64,000 nt of DNA, taken from positions 16,374-80,373 of the forward strand of contig CASFRM010000006.1 of NCBI GenBank assembly GCA_949297185.1, written 5' to 3'. Position 1 is the first letter of the stretch, and each line of letters opens with the position of its first letter. The DNA comes from an uncultured Pseudomonadota bacterium. Its GTDB lineage: Bacteria; Pseudomonadota; Alphaproteobacteria; RF32; CAG-239. A program made the position numbers and the translations under genes. The notes under the pieces are model-generated. The model saw only the letters and a program-made list of their open reading frames with translations. It was not told where the DNA came from and made no database searches. Below are positions 36,168-45,378 of this stretch, piece by piece.

Positions 36168-36773
36168 CTAGTAATATACCCATGTAATATCCGGAGTGGC
36201 TTTATTTTCACCCTCAGGATAGCATAAACCGTCTGCGGCATCCATAGATAACGGCAATTCTGAGGATTTCTTGCCTTCGTCGCCAATTATCATTCCCATC
36301 ATGCCGTCAGAACCCCAATCAGCGGTAAGCATAGACATACATGCATCAGCAGTCAAACCTTCCATTTTAATATAAAAATACCCGTCTCCTTCAGCACCAA
36401 CATCAGTACAATCACTCTCACCACAAGCACTTACCGTGACTGCTCCGCCAAAAGCCCCATTCAACTCACCGCCATCAGCATCGGCAATCATATCTGCGGA
36501 AACCAAGTTAAATTTTGCAGCGGTGGCATTATCCAGACCATTATAAGTCGGACTGGAAGCATAGGCCGTACGCACATTCATAAGGGTCATTGTTATTTGA
36601 TCTTGAGCTTTTGTAAGTTTAAATTTTGCCATAGCCTTAGAATAACCGGCAATACCACCGACCGACAAGACGCCGACAATAGCCAACACACCAAGCATTT
36701 CGACCATCGAACGACCGGATTCATTTATTTTAGCACCTGATAACATTTTTTTATACTCCATAAAATTAAGCAT
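36168..36773 (-). CDS. Type IV (IVb-like) prepilin, analog of R64 PilS
   Basis: Class III signal: leader ending in G, then RSMVEMLGVLAIVGVLSVGGIAGY with Glu at +5. Four Cys in the C-terminal globular part. The true start may be the internal ATG at 36746. Confidence 0.7.
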   Translation of the reverse strand: MLNFMEYKKMLSGAKINESGRSMVEMLGVLAIVGVLSVGGIAGYSKAMAKFKLTKAQDQITMTLMNVRTAYASSPTYNGLDNATAAKFNLVSADMIADADGGELNGAFGGAVTVSACGESDCTDVGAEGDGYFYIKMEGLTADACMSMLTADWGSDGMMGMIIGDEGKKSSELPLSMDAADGLCYPEGENKATPDITWVYY

Positions 36774-36873
36774 TTCTAATTATCTATTATACACTCATGT
36801 TTGTTTTTATACAATTAAAAACTCCATTTAGGGACATTCTATACTCAAATAACTTAAAATAAAGTAAACAATC

Positions 36874-37464
36874 CTATTGTTCAAACCTAAAAATTACTTT
36901 ATTTACGTCGTCACAGACATCAGCAACATTATTTCGTTTTGCCGGCAAAGCAAACTCCTCGTTACTCCAGCTAAAAATCTGCTCAGATTTATTATTCTTG
37001 ATTACTAATTCGCTGACCGATAACCAAAAATCGTGTTCAAATTGATGTGAAGCCAAGGCTATACATTGTTTTTTATTTAAGTCGTTATAAGCAATTACAA
37101 AACTCCTCATTGACGGCATAACTGCCATACCGCTTTCATCAGCTCCAATCTCCACATCATTAGCAAAATATCCTTTTAACTTGCCGTTTTCTACCCGCAT
37201 ATCGGTCGGATAAAGCTTCTGATTTATCACTTCTTTTGTGCTTAAACCCCAAAAGTCCGGTCGCATCTTATAAGCCCCGCAGATGTTTTTTGCCAAAATT
37301 GTAACTTGATTACCGGCCTCAAAAGCGCCCACATTTTGCTGTCCGCGAACTATTGCTAATAAAGACAAGGCCAAGGCAAACACAATCACTGCCGAAATTA
37401 TGGCAACCTTCCATTGGCAAAACATTACCCACAAAATTGTAAAAAAGGCTTTTATCTTTCCCAT
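36874..37464 (-). CDS. Hypothetical bitopic membrane protein in the pilus operon (minor-pilin-like or PilM-like?)
   Basis: A single N-terminal TM (VAIISAVIVFALALSLLAIV) and a ~150-aa periplasmic domain with 3 Cys. Lacks a G/xxxxE prepilin site. Confidence 0.5.
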   Translation of the reverse strand: MGKIKAFFTILWVMFCQWKVAIISAVIVFALALSLLAIVRGQQNVGAFEAGNQVTILAKNICGAYKMRPDFWGLSTKEVINQKLYPTDMRVENGKLKGYFANDVEIGADESGMAVMPSMRSFVIAYNDLNKKQCIALASHQFEHDFWLSVSELVIKNNKSEQIFSWSNEEFALPAKRNNVADVCDDVNKVIFRFEQ

Positions 37465-37473
37465 AGTTTCACC

Positions 37474-38610
37474 CTAAGTTCCCATATTGCTTGTAATTTG
37501 GTCTTGCATGTCAAAGGTTCCCATAACCGCCCAAGCAATAACACCACCGATAGCCAACAATGCCACCATGTTAAGAATTCCGGCTTTTTCTTCAATGGTA
37601 TAAACCGATTCTTCCAGCCACTCGTTAGCCAGATTGTCCAAAGCTTCTTCAAAGTTATCTAATTCGGAGTATATTTTCAAATCGTCAATAATTTCCTTAT
37701 CCGGAAACACCAAGCCTGTTTTTGCCAAAGCTTGCCCCAAGTTATCACCGTTATTGACATAAACCAAAGTCTTATCAATTCGTTCTTTTAGATATTTGGT
37801 TGCATCACGCCGTAACGCACGCAATGCCGTAGAAACCGGAGTTCCCCCCTTAACCAAAGCGGCCATAGCCAACAACCAACTAATTCCGACGAAGGTTTTA
37901 TATAATGACCATGGCGGAATGTTGTCAAATACGGCTCTTATTTTTCCGGTCCATATACTGATGGTAAAATATATGACAGCCATTAATATAGGCAAAGAAG
38001 AAAAAGCGATTAACCAATTGTCTTTAATCCATGCCGACAAGTCAACCAAGTCTCTGGCAAGACCTGTCCATTTAACATTCGGAGCAGCATCAATCATTGG
38101 CGGCACCATGTACACACCAATAGCATAAATGATCAAAATTGCCATCATCATCAAAAAGCTCGGATAAGAAATTGCTCCGATGATAGGTCTAATCATTTTG
38201 GTCGAGCCCTCGGTAACTTTAATCAGGTTTAACAAAGCACCTTCCAAGTCTGATACATCACCTACCGAAAGCATCAATCTTTCTCTGTCCGGAGCCCAAC
38301 CTTTTAAAGCATCGGAAAAAGTATTACCGTTATTTAAGCTTCTTCCCCAAGCAGCAATGGCAATGGCCAATGGTTCCCCGGGGTTTTTTCCTCCGTTTGA
38401 TGCTCCATCGTGTAACATATCCAGAGCATCCATCAATGAAAAGCGGTTACGCATCAAAGAGGCAATTTTACGATAGAGCTTCAATCTGGTCTTACTTGCA
38501 AACATAATCATTAAGCGGGCGTACATTTCCTCGGCTTTGTTAAGATTACGCATCGCTTTTTGTAAAGATTTTGAGTTTTTTTTCTTACTTACCAGTTCTT
38601 CATCAACCAT
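37474..38610 (-). CDS. Type II/IV secretion platform protein (GspF/PilC family; analog of R64 PilR)
   Basis: 378 aa. Two T2SSF-like repeats and three TM segments. Operon position is directly after the ATPase. Confidence 0.85.
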   Translation of the reverse strand: MVDEELVSKKKNSKSLQKAMRNLNKAEEMYARLMIMFASKTRLKLYRKIASLMRNRFSLMDALDMLHDGASNGGKNPGEPLAIAIAAWGRSLNNGNTFSDALKGWAPDRERLMLSVGDVSDLEGALLNLIKVTEGSTKMIRPIIGAISYPSFLMMMAILIIYAIGVYMVPPMIDAAPNVKWTGLARDLVDLSAWIKDNWLIAFSSLPILMAVIYFTISIWTGKIRAVFDNIPPWSLYKTFVGISWLLAMAALVKGGTPVSTALRALRRDATKYLKERIDKTLVYVNNGDNLGQALAKTGLVFPDKEIIDDLKIYSELDNFEEALDNLANEWLEESVYTIEEKAGILNMVALLAIGGVIAWAVMGTFDMQDQITSNMGT

Positions 38611-38625
38611 TTTATCGCCCTCAAA

Positions 38626-40299
38626 CTAGTATACCGGACGCTGATCAAGCAATCCGCACCATCTTTCAACTTCGTCCAAATCAATAAGTCCTTTGAGCAT
38701 TCGCTCCATGGCAGCTTCTTTTAATGTTCTGCCGTTCAAATCCGATGTCCAATAATCGATTGCACGTCGTGTTTCACCCTTAATCATCAATTCCAAGAAT
38801 GTTGCATCCGGCAAAATAATCTCGGGCACGCACATACGCCCCTTAATACCAGTGCCGTTACAGAACTTACATCCCGGACCACGGACATAAGTATTTTCCA
38901 CACCAAAGTCACCCAAGGCCGTACGCAAACGACTAAATGACGGATCATTTTGTCTTTCTTTAACCGACATCCTGCAATGCGGGCAAAGCTTTCTGAATAA
39001 GCGTTGAGAAATCAACCCCTTAATCAATTCTGGGTCAAGCAGCTTAAAAGTTTCAACCCCCATATCTCTAAAACGGTTAATAATTGCCGGAGCAGAGTTT
39101 GCGTGTAGGGTAGACCACATTCCGTGACCTGACAAGGCACCTTGGAAAGTAAGCTGTGCTGCCGCTAAGGCTCTGATCTCGCCCACCATAATAACATCAG
39201 GGTCCGAACGCAAAGCTGCCGACAAAGCTTTGGTAAATTGTTCGGCCTTTTCTTCCTCGGTATTGGCGTTTGTAACCGGCATTTGTCTTGCGCCCGGAAT
39301 TGGGTACTCAGGAGGATCTTCCACCGTCAACAAATTAAGCTCATAATTTTTTTCTTGCAAAAGCTTAATCATATTTCTTTGCAAAGTGGTGGATTTGCCC
39401 GAACCGGTGGGGCCGGCAACGATGCTCATTCCGACCGGAACGGCGCGTAAACGATAAAATAAATCTTCTTCAAATTGACCAAAGCCCAGAGCCGCCAAAT
39501 CACCTGAACCATCAGGATTATCATCGGCATAAAGTAAACGCATAACCAAATATTGCGAGCCGAAAGCAATTGGGTTAAATTGCAAACGGATAGCCAATAC
39601 ATTATGTGGCAGCATCAATTTGCCCTTAGAACCTCTCAGCGGAGTAGAACCTAATTTCTGTGCTCCTTGGAATTCGTTTTGCGCATAGTTTGAGTCAGAA
39701 ATATCTGCCGAAGCAAAAGCTGCGCGGACAAATGATTCGCCCCATTCTTTATTATATTCCATCTCAACTTGCATCATACCGTTAACTCTAAACATAATTA
39801 CGGTATTATCAGCGACCACGACATGAATATCCGACACCTTTTTGCTTGCAGCTCTTGCCACCACATTAACAAAGTCTTTTTGCATTTGTAGTTGGTCAAG
39901 CTCTGCATCAGCCGAAACTTCTTCGGCAGCTTGAGCACGCTCGCCTATTGCGTAAATCGCATTTAATTCATTTTGCGAAACATATGTTGGTTTCGCAATA
40001 GCAACTTTCTTCTTACGAGCCAAAACCTCAAAGCTTAAAACTCGTCCGTCAAATTTATGGGCTTCTACAACCAAAAAACGGCCATCAGAGAATAAAGCCA
40101 AAAGTCTTCTGGTATCATCATTTACGGCCAGCGGTGAACCGGGTAGGGTAAGGAGCTTGTTATTATTAGAAAAATAAACCTCGGTTATTGAGCCTTTCTC
40201 AGCCTCCGATGCTTTATCAGCGTCTTCAGACACAGGAGCAGCCGAGGCTGGAGCCTCGGCTTGAGTTAAGTTTTTTTCCTGCTCTTCAGAATTTTCCAT
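38626..40299 (-). CDS. Type II/IV secretion ATPase (GspE/PilB family; analog of R64 PilQ)
   Basis: Walker A GPTGSGKST, Asp/His boxes, Walker B DPDVIMVGEIR, and a tetracysteine motif CPHC...CKFC. Confidence 0.92.
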   Translation of the reverse strand: MENSEEQEKNLTQAEAPASAAPVSEDADKASEAEKGSITEVYFSNNNKLLTLPGSPLAVNDDTRRLLALFSDGRFLVVEAHKFDGRVLSFEVLARKKKVAIAKPTYVSQNELNAIYAIGERAQAAEEVSADAELDQLQMQKDFVNVVARAASKKVSDIHVVVADNTVIMFRVNGMMQVEMEYNKEWGESFVRAAFASADISDSNYAQNEFQGAQKLGSTPLRGSKGKLMLPHNVLAIRLQFNPIAFGSQYLVMRLLYADDNPDGSGDLAALGFGQFEEDLFYRLRAVPVGMSIVAGPTGSGKSTTLQRNMIKLLQEKNYELNLLTVEDPPEYPIPGARQMPVTNANTEEEKAEQFTKALSAALRSDPDVIMVGEIRALAAAQLTFQGALSGHGMWSTLHANSAPAIINRFRDMGVETFKLLDPELIKGLISQRLFRKLCPHCRMSVKERQNDPSFSRLRTALGDFGVENTYVRGPGCKFCNGTGIKGRMCVPEIILPDATFLELMIKGETRRAIDYWTSDLNGRTLKEAAMERMLKGLIDLDEVERWCGLLDQRPVY

Positions 40300-40326
40300 T
40301 TTTCACCTTAATTAATCAAATCAAAG

Positions 40327-41664
40327 TTATAAAGGAGTAGATATTAAACCAGATCTGGAATTATTGTTGTTCACACTGGAAGCATTACTGCCCTGTGCTT
40401 GAGCAGCTTGCATTCTGGCAGCAACTTCAGGATCAAGCTGGAAGCCGGATGTTTCCATTGGAACTATGCCGCCGGCAGAAAAATAGAGGTAACTTTTACT
40501 GCTTCCTTTACTTGCTGCAACATAAGTTGTGGTAATTTCATCTACAATATGTCCTGATTGCAGAGCCGTTCCTTTTTTAACATAGAAAGAGACACCGCCT
40601 GTATTCAGTAATTTTGCAACCAATTCTCCACCTTGTCCTCTAATTTCGGTAACGGCATATAGTTGCGATAAATCAGTTTCCACCGGCTCATTGGCGGATT
40701 TTTCTGCGGAACTATCTTCGTCACTGTTGGGGGTGGCACTACCATTTGCAAAAGGATTATTTCTCATTTGCTCATTCTCTCTTTCCAGAGTTTCTGTTCT
40801 CTGGCGCAGAATGTCAATTTGGGCTCTCAGGTTCTCAGCATCTTTTTCATATTGATCAACCTTAGCCATAAAAGATTTTTTAGCATCGGTAGCTGCGGTA
40901 TTCAATGCCGTAACCTTTGTTTTCATGTCTTCCAAAAGTGCTTTTTTAGAATTTCTCAAGTCCTCAATTTGCTTATAAAATTTGGCATTATTTTCAATCC
41001 AGAGTTGGTTTTCTTCAAGCATTTTGTTTTTGTATGCTCCCAATACTCTTTCCTGACGCAAGGTCTCAAATTTTATATCCAAATCGCGTAACTTTTGTTG
41101 TTCAACCAAAACCTTCTGCTCTTGTTCTTTTTCAAAAGCCAAATTTTTAAGCTTTAGTTGCTCGATTCTCTCTTTTTCTTGCTGCAAAGCTTGGCGTCGC
41201 TGATTTTTTACGGCTTCAATCTCATTTTTAAGCTTTTCTCTCTTTAATTCCAAGTTCAAAAGAGCTGTTCTTTTTTCAATATCAGACATCTGTGAAAACA
41301 AATCAGTGCCCTCGGCAGTGGCGTTTTCCTGCTCTGCAAGCAGAGTTAACTCCTCAGCTCCGCCGTTGTTATTATCTTCCTCCACAATGTCAATTTCGCT
41401 GACCAAAACATCATTTGCCAGCGGTAAAGGAGCATTTGCAGACTGTTTTGGAGCATTGATAATAGGCAACTCTGGAGAAGTCTGCCCTTCTTCGGTTATA
41501 TTTGGAACTTCTTGTGCCGGCAATTCCATTTCTGTATCCAAGCCATCGTCAAACATAGCTTCTTCTGACAAAGAAACTAAACCCTGAGCCTTTACTTGTC
41601 CAGCCGCAAGCGCCAAAGAACAAAAGATTGTCGTCAATAATAAATTTAAATTCTTACAAGACAT
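40327..41664 (-). CDS. PilP-like pilus biogenesis protein with a long coiled-coil insertion
   Basis: Start reset to the ATG at 41664 (AAGGAG RBS 7 nt upstream). Signal peptide and a ~250-aa E/K/Q-rich coiled coil. The C-terminal beta domain (LYAVTEIRGQGGELVAKLLNTGGVSFYVKKGTALQSGHIVDEI) resembles PilP/GspC HR domains. Confidence 0.5.
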   Translation of the reverse strand: MSCKNLNLLLTTIFCSLALAAGQVKAQGLVSLSEEAMFDDGLDTEMELPAQEVPNITEEGQTSPELPIINAPKQSANAPLPLANDVLVSEIDIVEEDNNNGGAEELTLLAEQENATAEGTDLFSQMSDIEKRTALLNLELKREKLKNEIEAVKNQRRQALQQEKERIEQLKLKNLAFEKEQEQKVLVEQQKLRDLDIKFETLRQERVLGAYKNKMLEENQLWIENNAKFYKQIEDLRNSKKALLEDMKTKVTALNTAATDAKKSFMAKVDQYEKDAENLRAQIDILRQRTETLERENEQMRNNPFANGSATPNSDEDSSAEKSANEPVETDLSQLYAVTEIRGQGGELVAKLLNTGGVSFYVKKGTALQSGHIVDEITTTYVAASKGSSKSYLYFSAGGIVPMETSGFQLDPEVAARMQAAQAQGSNASSVNNNNSRSGLISTPL

Positions 41665-42988
41665 ATATAGCTCCTTCATAATGCCAAACATTATTGTCTG
41701 GTGAATAGGTTATCAGTCTAAACTCAAGACCTGAATATTTTGTTAACAATTTTGCCCACACAGTCGGATCATGTGGCGAACTAAAAGAAAACTTTAGCGC
41801 TCTAAACACTGTAGGCTGCTGAGTTGGAACTCTCGCCGCTGGCCCTTTACCCTTGGGGGCAGCTTGCGCGGGTGCACTAGTCTTAATTGTTTCTTCCGAC
41901 AAAGAAATCTGCAACCCCAATGACTGAAATTGATTGTTTATTTTATTACGCAAGTCGACCATATTATATTCCGGAGGGGATAATAATTGCGGTGCCGGTT
42001 CCAAGTTTATAGAGGCAGTAATATTGTTTCCGGTATTATCAAACTGGTATCCCGCAAACTTGATTCCCGATTTTTCTAAAGCGTCACTCATCCAATCCAT
42101 AATGCCGAACTCTCGTCTCCACGATGTCGCTACAAAGTTTTTTGAGCAGCTTATCAAACCAATATCCCATCCGGGAGGCATAATCTGCGCCAGCTGATTA
42201 ATTCCCTCAAAGCACCTATCCATAACCTCTGCTGGATTATTAATTTTTTCCCATGGTTTAGGAACTTCTTTAACCTCAACCGGTTGAATAACTTTCGGTC
42301 TAACCGGGACGGATACTGGTCTTTTAACCGGTGTAAAAAATATTTTATCAACCAAAGTTGAAACCAACCATAATCCAACGACGGCCGAAACCACAACAAC
42401 GGCAATCAGTTTAGAACCTCGTAGGCCTTTTATCTTCTGTAACTTGGCTTTGGCACCACGGGAAAGTAAATCGCCCAAGTCTGCATCTTCGGTGTCGTCA
42501 AGTCCCCACTCTGCCGGAGCAATTTTCTTACCCCAATCAGGCACTGCCAACATTGATAAGAACTGATTTTTTGCTTCTTCTTCATTCAAAAACAGCATAT
42601 CGCCGTCAGATAAGATGATATCATTACGAACGCATGTATACCACCAACCTTCTTGAGTTTTAAAAACCGCAACGAACGAAGATACATCGGATAAAGCTGT
42701 AACCAAAGCCACAATTGCTGATGATTGCCCTTTTTTAAAGCCTTCATGCGATACACAAATACCAAACTGAGGAGCTTTACCTCCTTTTATACAGAACAGA
42801 TCAGCACCTTCTAAGATACTATTTGAAGCATCTTCAACTTCCTGCAAATAATCCTTGGCATTTTGTAATGGCTGCCAGAACAAACTTGTAGCGTAACTAA
42901 TGCCATCGACATTAATTGATGTGCCCCAAGTCTTACGGGAGTTTCCTCCCTCTAAATCGTCATCTAACAGCTTTGCTTCATCAAGCAC
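41654..42988 (-). CDS. PilO-like (R64-type pilin accessory) protein
   Basis: 444 aa with a cytoplasmic N-domain, one TM (LIAVVVVSAVVGLWLV) and a periplasmic C-domain. Size and position (between secretin and PilP-like) match R64 PilO. The call rests on synteny only. Confidence 0.4.
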   Translation of the reverse strand: MLDEAKLLDDDLEGGNSRKTWGTSINVDGISYATSLFWQPLQNAKDYLQEVEDASNSILEGADLFCIKGGKAPQFGICVSHEGFKKGQSSAIVALVTALSDVSSFVAVFKTQEGWWYTCVRNDIILSDGDMLFLNEEEAKNQFLSMLAVPDWGKKIAPAEWGLDDTEDADLGDLLSRGAKAKLQKIKGLRGSKLIAVVVVSAVVGLWLVSTLVDKIFFTPVKRPVSVPVRPKVIQPVEVKEVPKPWEKINNPAEVMDRCFEGINQLAQIMPPGWDIGLISCSKNFVATSWRREFGIMDWMSDALEKSGIKFAGYQFDNTGNNITASINLEPAPQLLSPPEYNMVDLRNKINNQFQSLGLQISLSEETIKTSAPAQAAPKGKGPAARVPTQQPTVFRALKFSFSSPHDPTVWAKLLTKYSGLEFRLITYSPDNNVWHYEGAIYVL

Positions 42989-43010
42989 TTTTTTATCTCC
43001 TGCAAAGAAG

Positions 43011-44621
43011 CTAGTTCATAGTCATTCTGGTTTCCGGTGACAACGGAGTTTCCAAAACCACCGGTGTCAAAACAATAACCAAGATATTACGCTCTCTTGC
43101 TGCATTGGCATTTCCACCTAACAGAGAAGATTCTGCCGAGCCGGTGCCGGTTTTTGTAGTTTCGTCGGAAGTTTTTTCATATCCGGTCAAAATCAACGAT
43201 TCACCTGAACTCAGGGCAACTTCTTGAGTAAAGGCACGAGATTCAACTTTCGGGTTTTGAATATATTGGTTCTCATCTTCATTTCCGAAGCTTACCTTTT
43301 CAAGAGAAATCAAATCTGATAATGTCATATTAAACATAACCAACATTCTTCCGTGCTCCAAAATTCTAGGTAACACGTCCAAAGTGAAACCGGTTTCGAT
43401 TTCCTCTGTTGTAACAGAGATATCATAATTATCTCCATCGGTGCCGTTATTTGTCTTTGTCATCTCAGAAATGTAATTTTGTTTCTGCGTTACTTGAATC
43501 GGCGCTGGTTTATTATTCAAAGTAGTTACCGTACCGCTGGTGATCAGAGTGGTTCTGTTTTTCTTAGATATTGCCTGCATAATAGCATCGGCAGACCAAT
43601 TATCTTTTAATATACCCCAAGATATCGCATTAGACAAATCATCGGATGCCGCGATTCCTTGTGTTCCGGTAATTCCAACCGAAGTAACACCATCATCGAA
43701 TGTTGCCTTCAAATCAAGACCGTAAGAATCAGAATCACTTATTGTAACCTGCATAATTTTAACCGAAATTGCAACTTGTCTTGCCAAACGTGCATTTTGT
43801 TCATTAACATATTTAGCAACCAGCTTTATATCATTTGGTGTAGCAGTTAATGTAATTGTGCCGTCTGACGGTGAAACAGTCAATTTTGCATCAGAACCGA
43901 TCATTGAAGAGATGGTTTTTTCAAACTGTGTCCACATTTCAACATCAATTGAAGATGTTAAACTGATAGACGAAGAACCTCCGCTTCCCGAAGCAGAACC
44001 ACCGATATTAACATTCATATTCGGCTTGGTCGGCAAAGAGTACATAACAAAAGTTTTGGTAATAAAACGATAGAAATAAATATCTTTATTGTCATATTTC
44101 CACCAAACACCAAAGCGCGAAGATACTTCATCCAAGAAACCGCTCAAAGGTCCTTGATACGAAACCATCATGGTATCAGGAGAAGCCCATTCACCTCCGG
44201 TCGGCAATAAAGACGAAGGCTTGTTGCTTTCACCTTTTGCTCTAACATCTGCTTCCAAATCATAAGAATATCTTATTCCAAGTCCGGTAGTACGATTGAG
44301 CATATCACCGATTTCATACAAGCTTATAGGTCTGTTAGAAACCAAAGTTATACCGTCATTTTTCTCCAAATAAGAAGGCAACGGCTCACCCTCATACTCA
44401 ATTTTACTGGTATTGCCCAACCAAATATCGTCATTAACTTTAACCAAATCTTGATTGGCAATTTTAGTTGGAGCTTTAGCTTCTTCGCGTAGTGTCGAAG
44501 CAGCTTCAATATTTTTCTCAACCACATCGTCCATCGTAGTAGAAACAGAGCATGAAGCAACAACGGTGATGGCGCAGATACTGGCACCTATCTTTTTCAA
44601 ATTAGTTATAAGCATTTTCAT
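43011..44621 (-). CDS. Secretin lipoprotein (analog of R64 PilN / BfpB-type)
   Basis: Lipobox VVASC. C-terminal secretin domain (TLITSGTVTTLNNKPAPIQV..., GFTLDVLPRI..., ERNILVIVLTPVV). The start is uncertain: TTG 44636, ATG 44621 or ATG 44615. Confidence 0.85.
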   Translation of the reverse strand: MKMLITNLKKIGASICAITVVASCSVSTTMDDVVEKNIEAASTLREEAKAPTKIANQDLVKVNDDIWLGNTSKIEYEGEPLPSYLEKNDGITLVSNRPISLYEIGDMLNRTTGLGIRYSYDLEADVRAKGESNKPSSLLPTGGEWASPDTMMVSYQGPLSGFLDEVSSRFGVWWKYDNKDIYFYRFITKTFVMYSLPTKPNMNVNIGGSASGSGGSSSISLTSSIDVEMWTQFEKTISSMIGSDAKLTVSPSDGTITLTATPNDIKLVAKYVNEQNARLARQVAISVKIMQVTISDSDSYGLDLKATFDDGVTSVGITGTQGIAASDDLSNAISWGILKDNWSADAIMQAISKKNRTTLITSGTVTTLNNKPAPIQVTQKQNYISEMTKTNNGTDGDNYDISVTTEEIETGFTLDVLPRILEHGRMLVMFNMTLSDLISLEKVSFGNEDENQYIQNPKVESRAFTQEVALSSGESLILTGYEKTSDETTKTGTGSAESSLLGGNANAARERNILVIVLTPVVLETPLSPETRMTMN

Positions 44622-45324
44622 CCTCCCTTGTTTCAACTACTAAGACACGGTTTCCTTTATAAAAAGTAGCCATGGGCGCAGGTTTTGCTCTGGCAAAATT
44701 TCTGATTAATGCCGAAGACACATCAGCAAATCTTCCTCTAAACATAGCTCCTGCAGCTAAAGTATAATTTCTGTTAGAATTCCATACCAATCTCCAACCG
44801 GATCTTTCGCACCAGTCAGAAAGTAGACCTTTCAAAGTGCTGCCTTCTTCCGCAAGCCAATCCTCGACTGCGTCGTCCCCGCTGTTATACTCAGCGTCGC
44901 TGGCATTTGCGGTTTCAGCTTCGGAAATAGCCTCGTTAACAGCTTCTTCGTAATCTGTAACTTCTTCATCTATTGTCGGAGGAATTGCAGCAGCCATATT
45001 GCTCCCGACACCGTTAGACAAGATGTACTGATCTGTAACACTTCTTTCGCCGAATTCACGATAATCAGCATCAGTCATTCTATAATCAACAAAACGGTCG
45101 TTAGCATTGTTCTGCGCGGTGGGCGTGATGGTGGGTGCCGGTTGATTTCCTTCTTGGGTGTAAATTACCACTTCCTCTACCGGCGCTTCCTCATCATTCC
45201 ATGGTAAGCTCCAAAGAGTATATGTATTGCTACATCCGCTAAGAGCAATAACAGACAATACCGCCAGAAGGCAATTCTTTTTTAAGTACATCTTTGCAAT
45301 CCTTTGAATAGATTTTCCCATCAT
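44602..45324 (-). CDS. TcpQ/PilL-like pilus lipoprotein
   Basis: Lipobox LSGC. The C-terminal STLKGLLSDWCERSGWRLVWNSNRNYTLAAGAMFRGRFADVSSALIRNF matches the TcpQ (toxin-coregulated pilus protein Q) / R64 PilL domain pattern. Confidence 0.7.
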   Translation of the reverse strand: MMGKSIQRIAKMYLKKNCLLAVLSVIALSGCSNTYTLWSLPWNDEEAPVEEVVIYTQEGNQPAPTITPTAQNNANDRFVDYRMTDADYREFGERSVTDQYILSNGVGSNMAAAIPPTIDEEVTDYEEAVNEAISEAETANASDAEYNSGDDAVEDWLAEEGSTLKGLLSDWCERSGWRLVWNSNRNYTLAAGAMFRGRFADVSSALIRNFARAKPAPMATFYKGNRVLVVETREDENAYN

Positions 45325-45378
45325 ATTTTCCTTATCATACTATTGAAAAATAAATAATCAAGCACCGTCAAACAGTTA

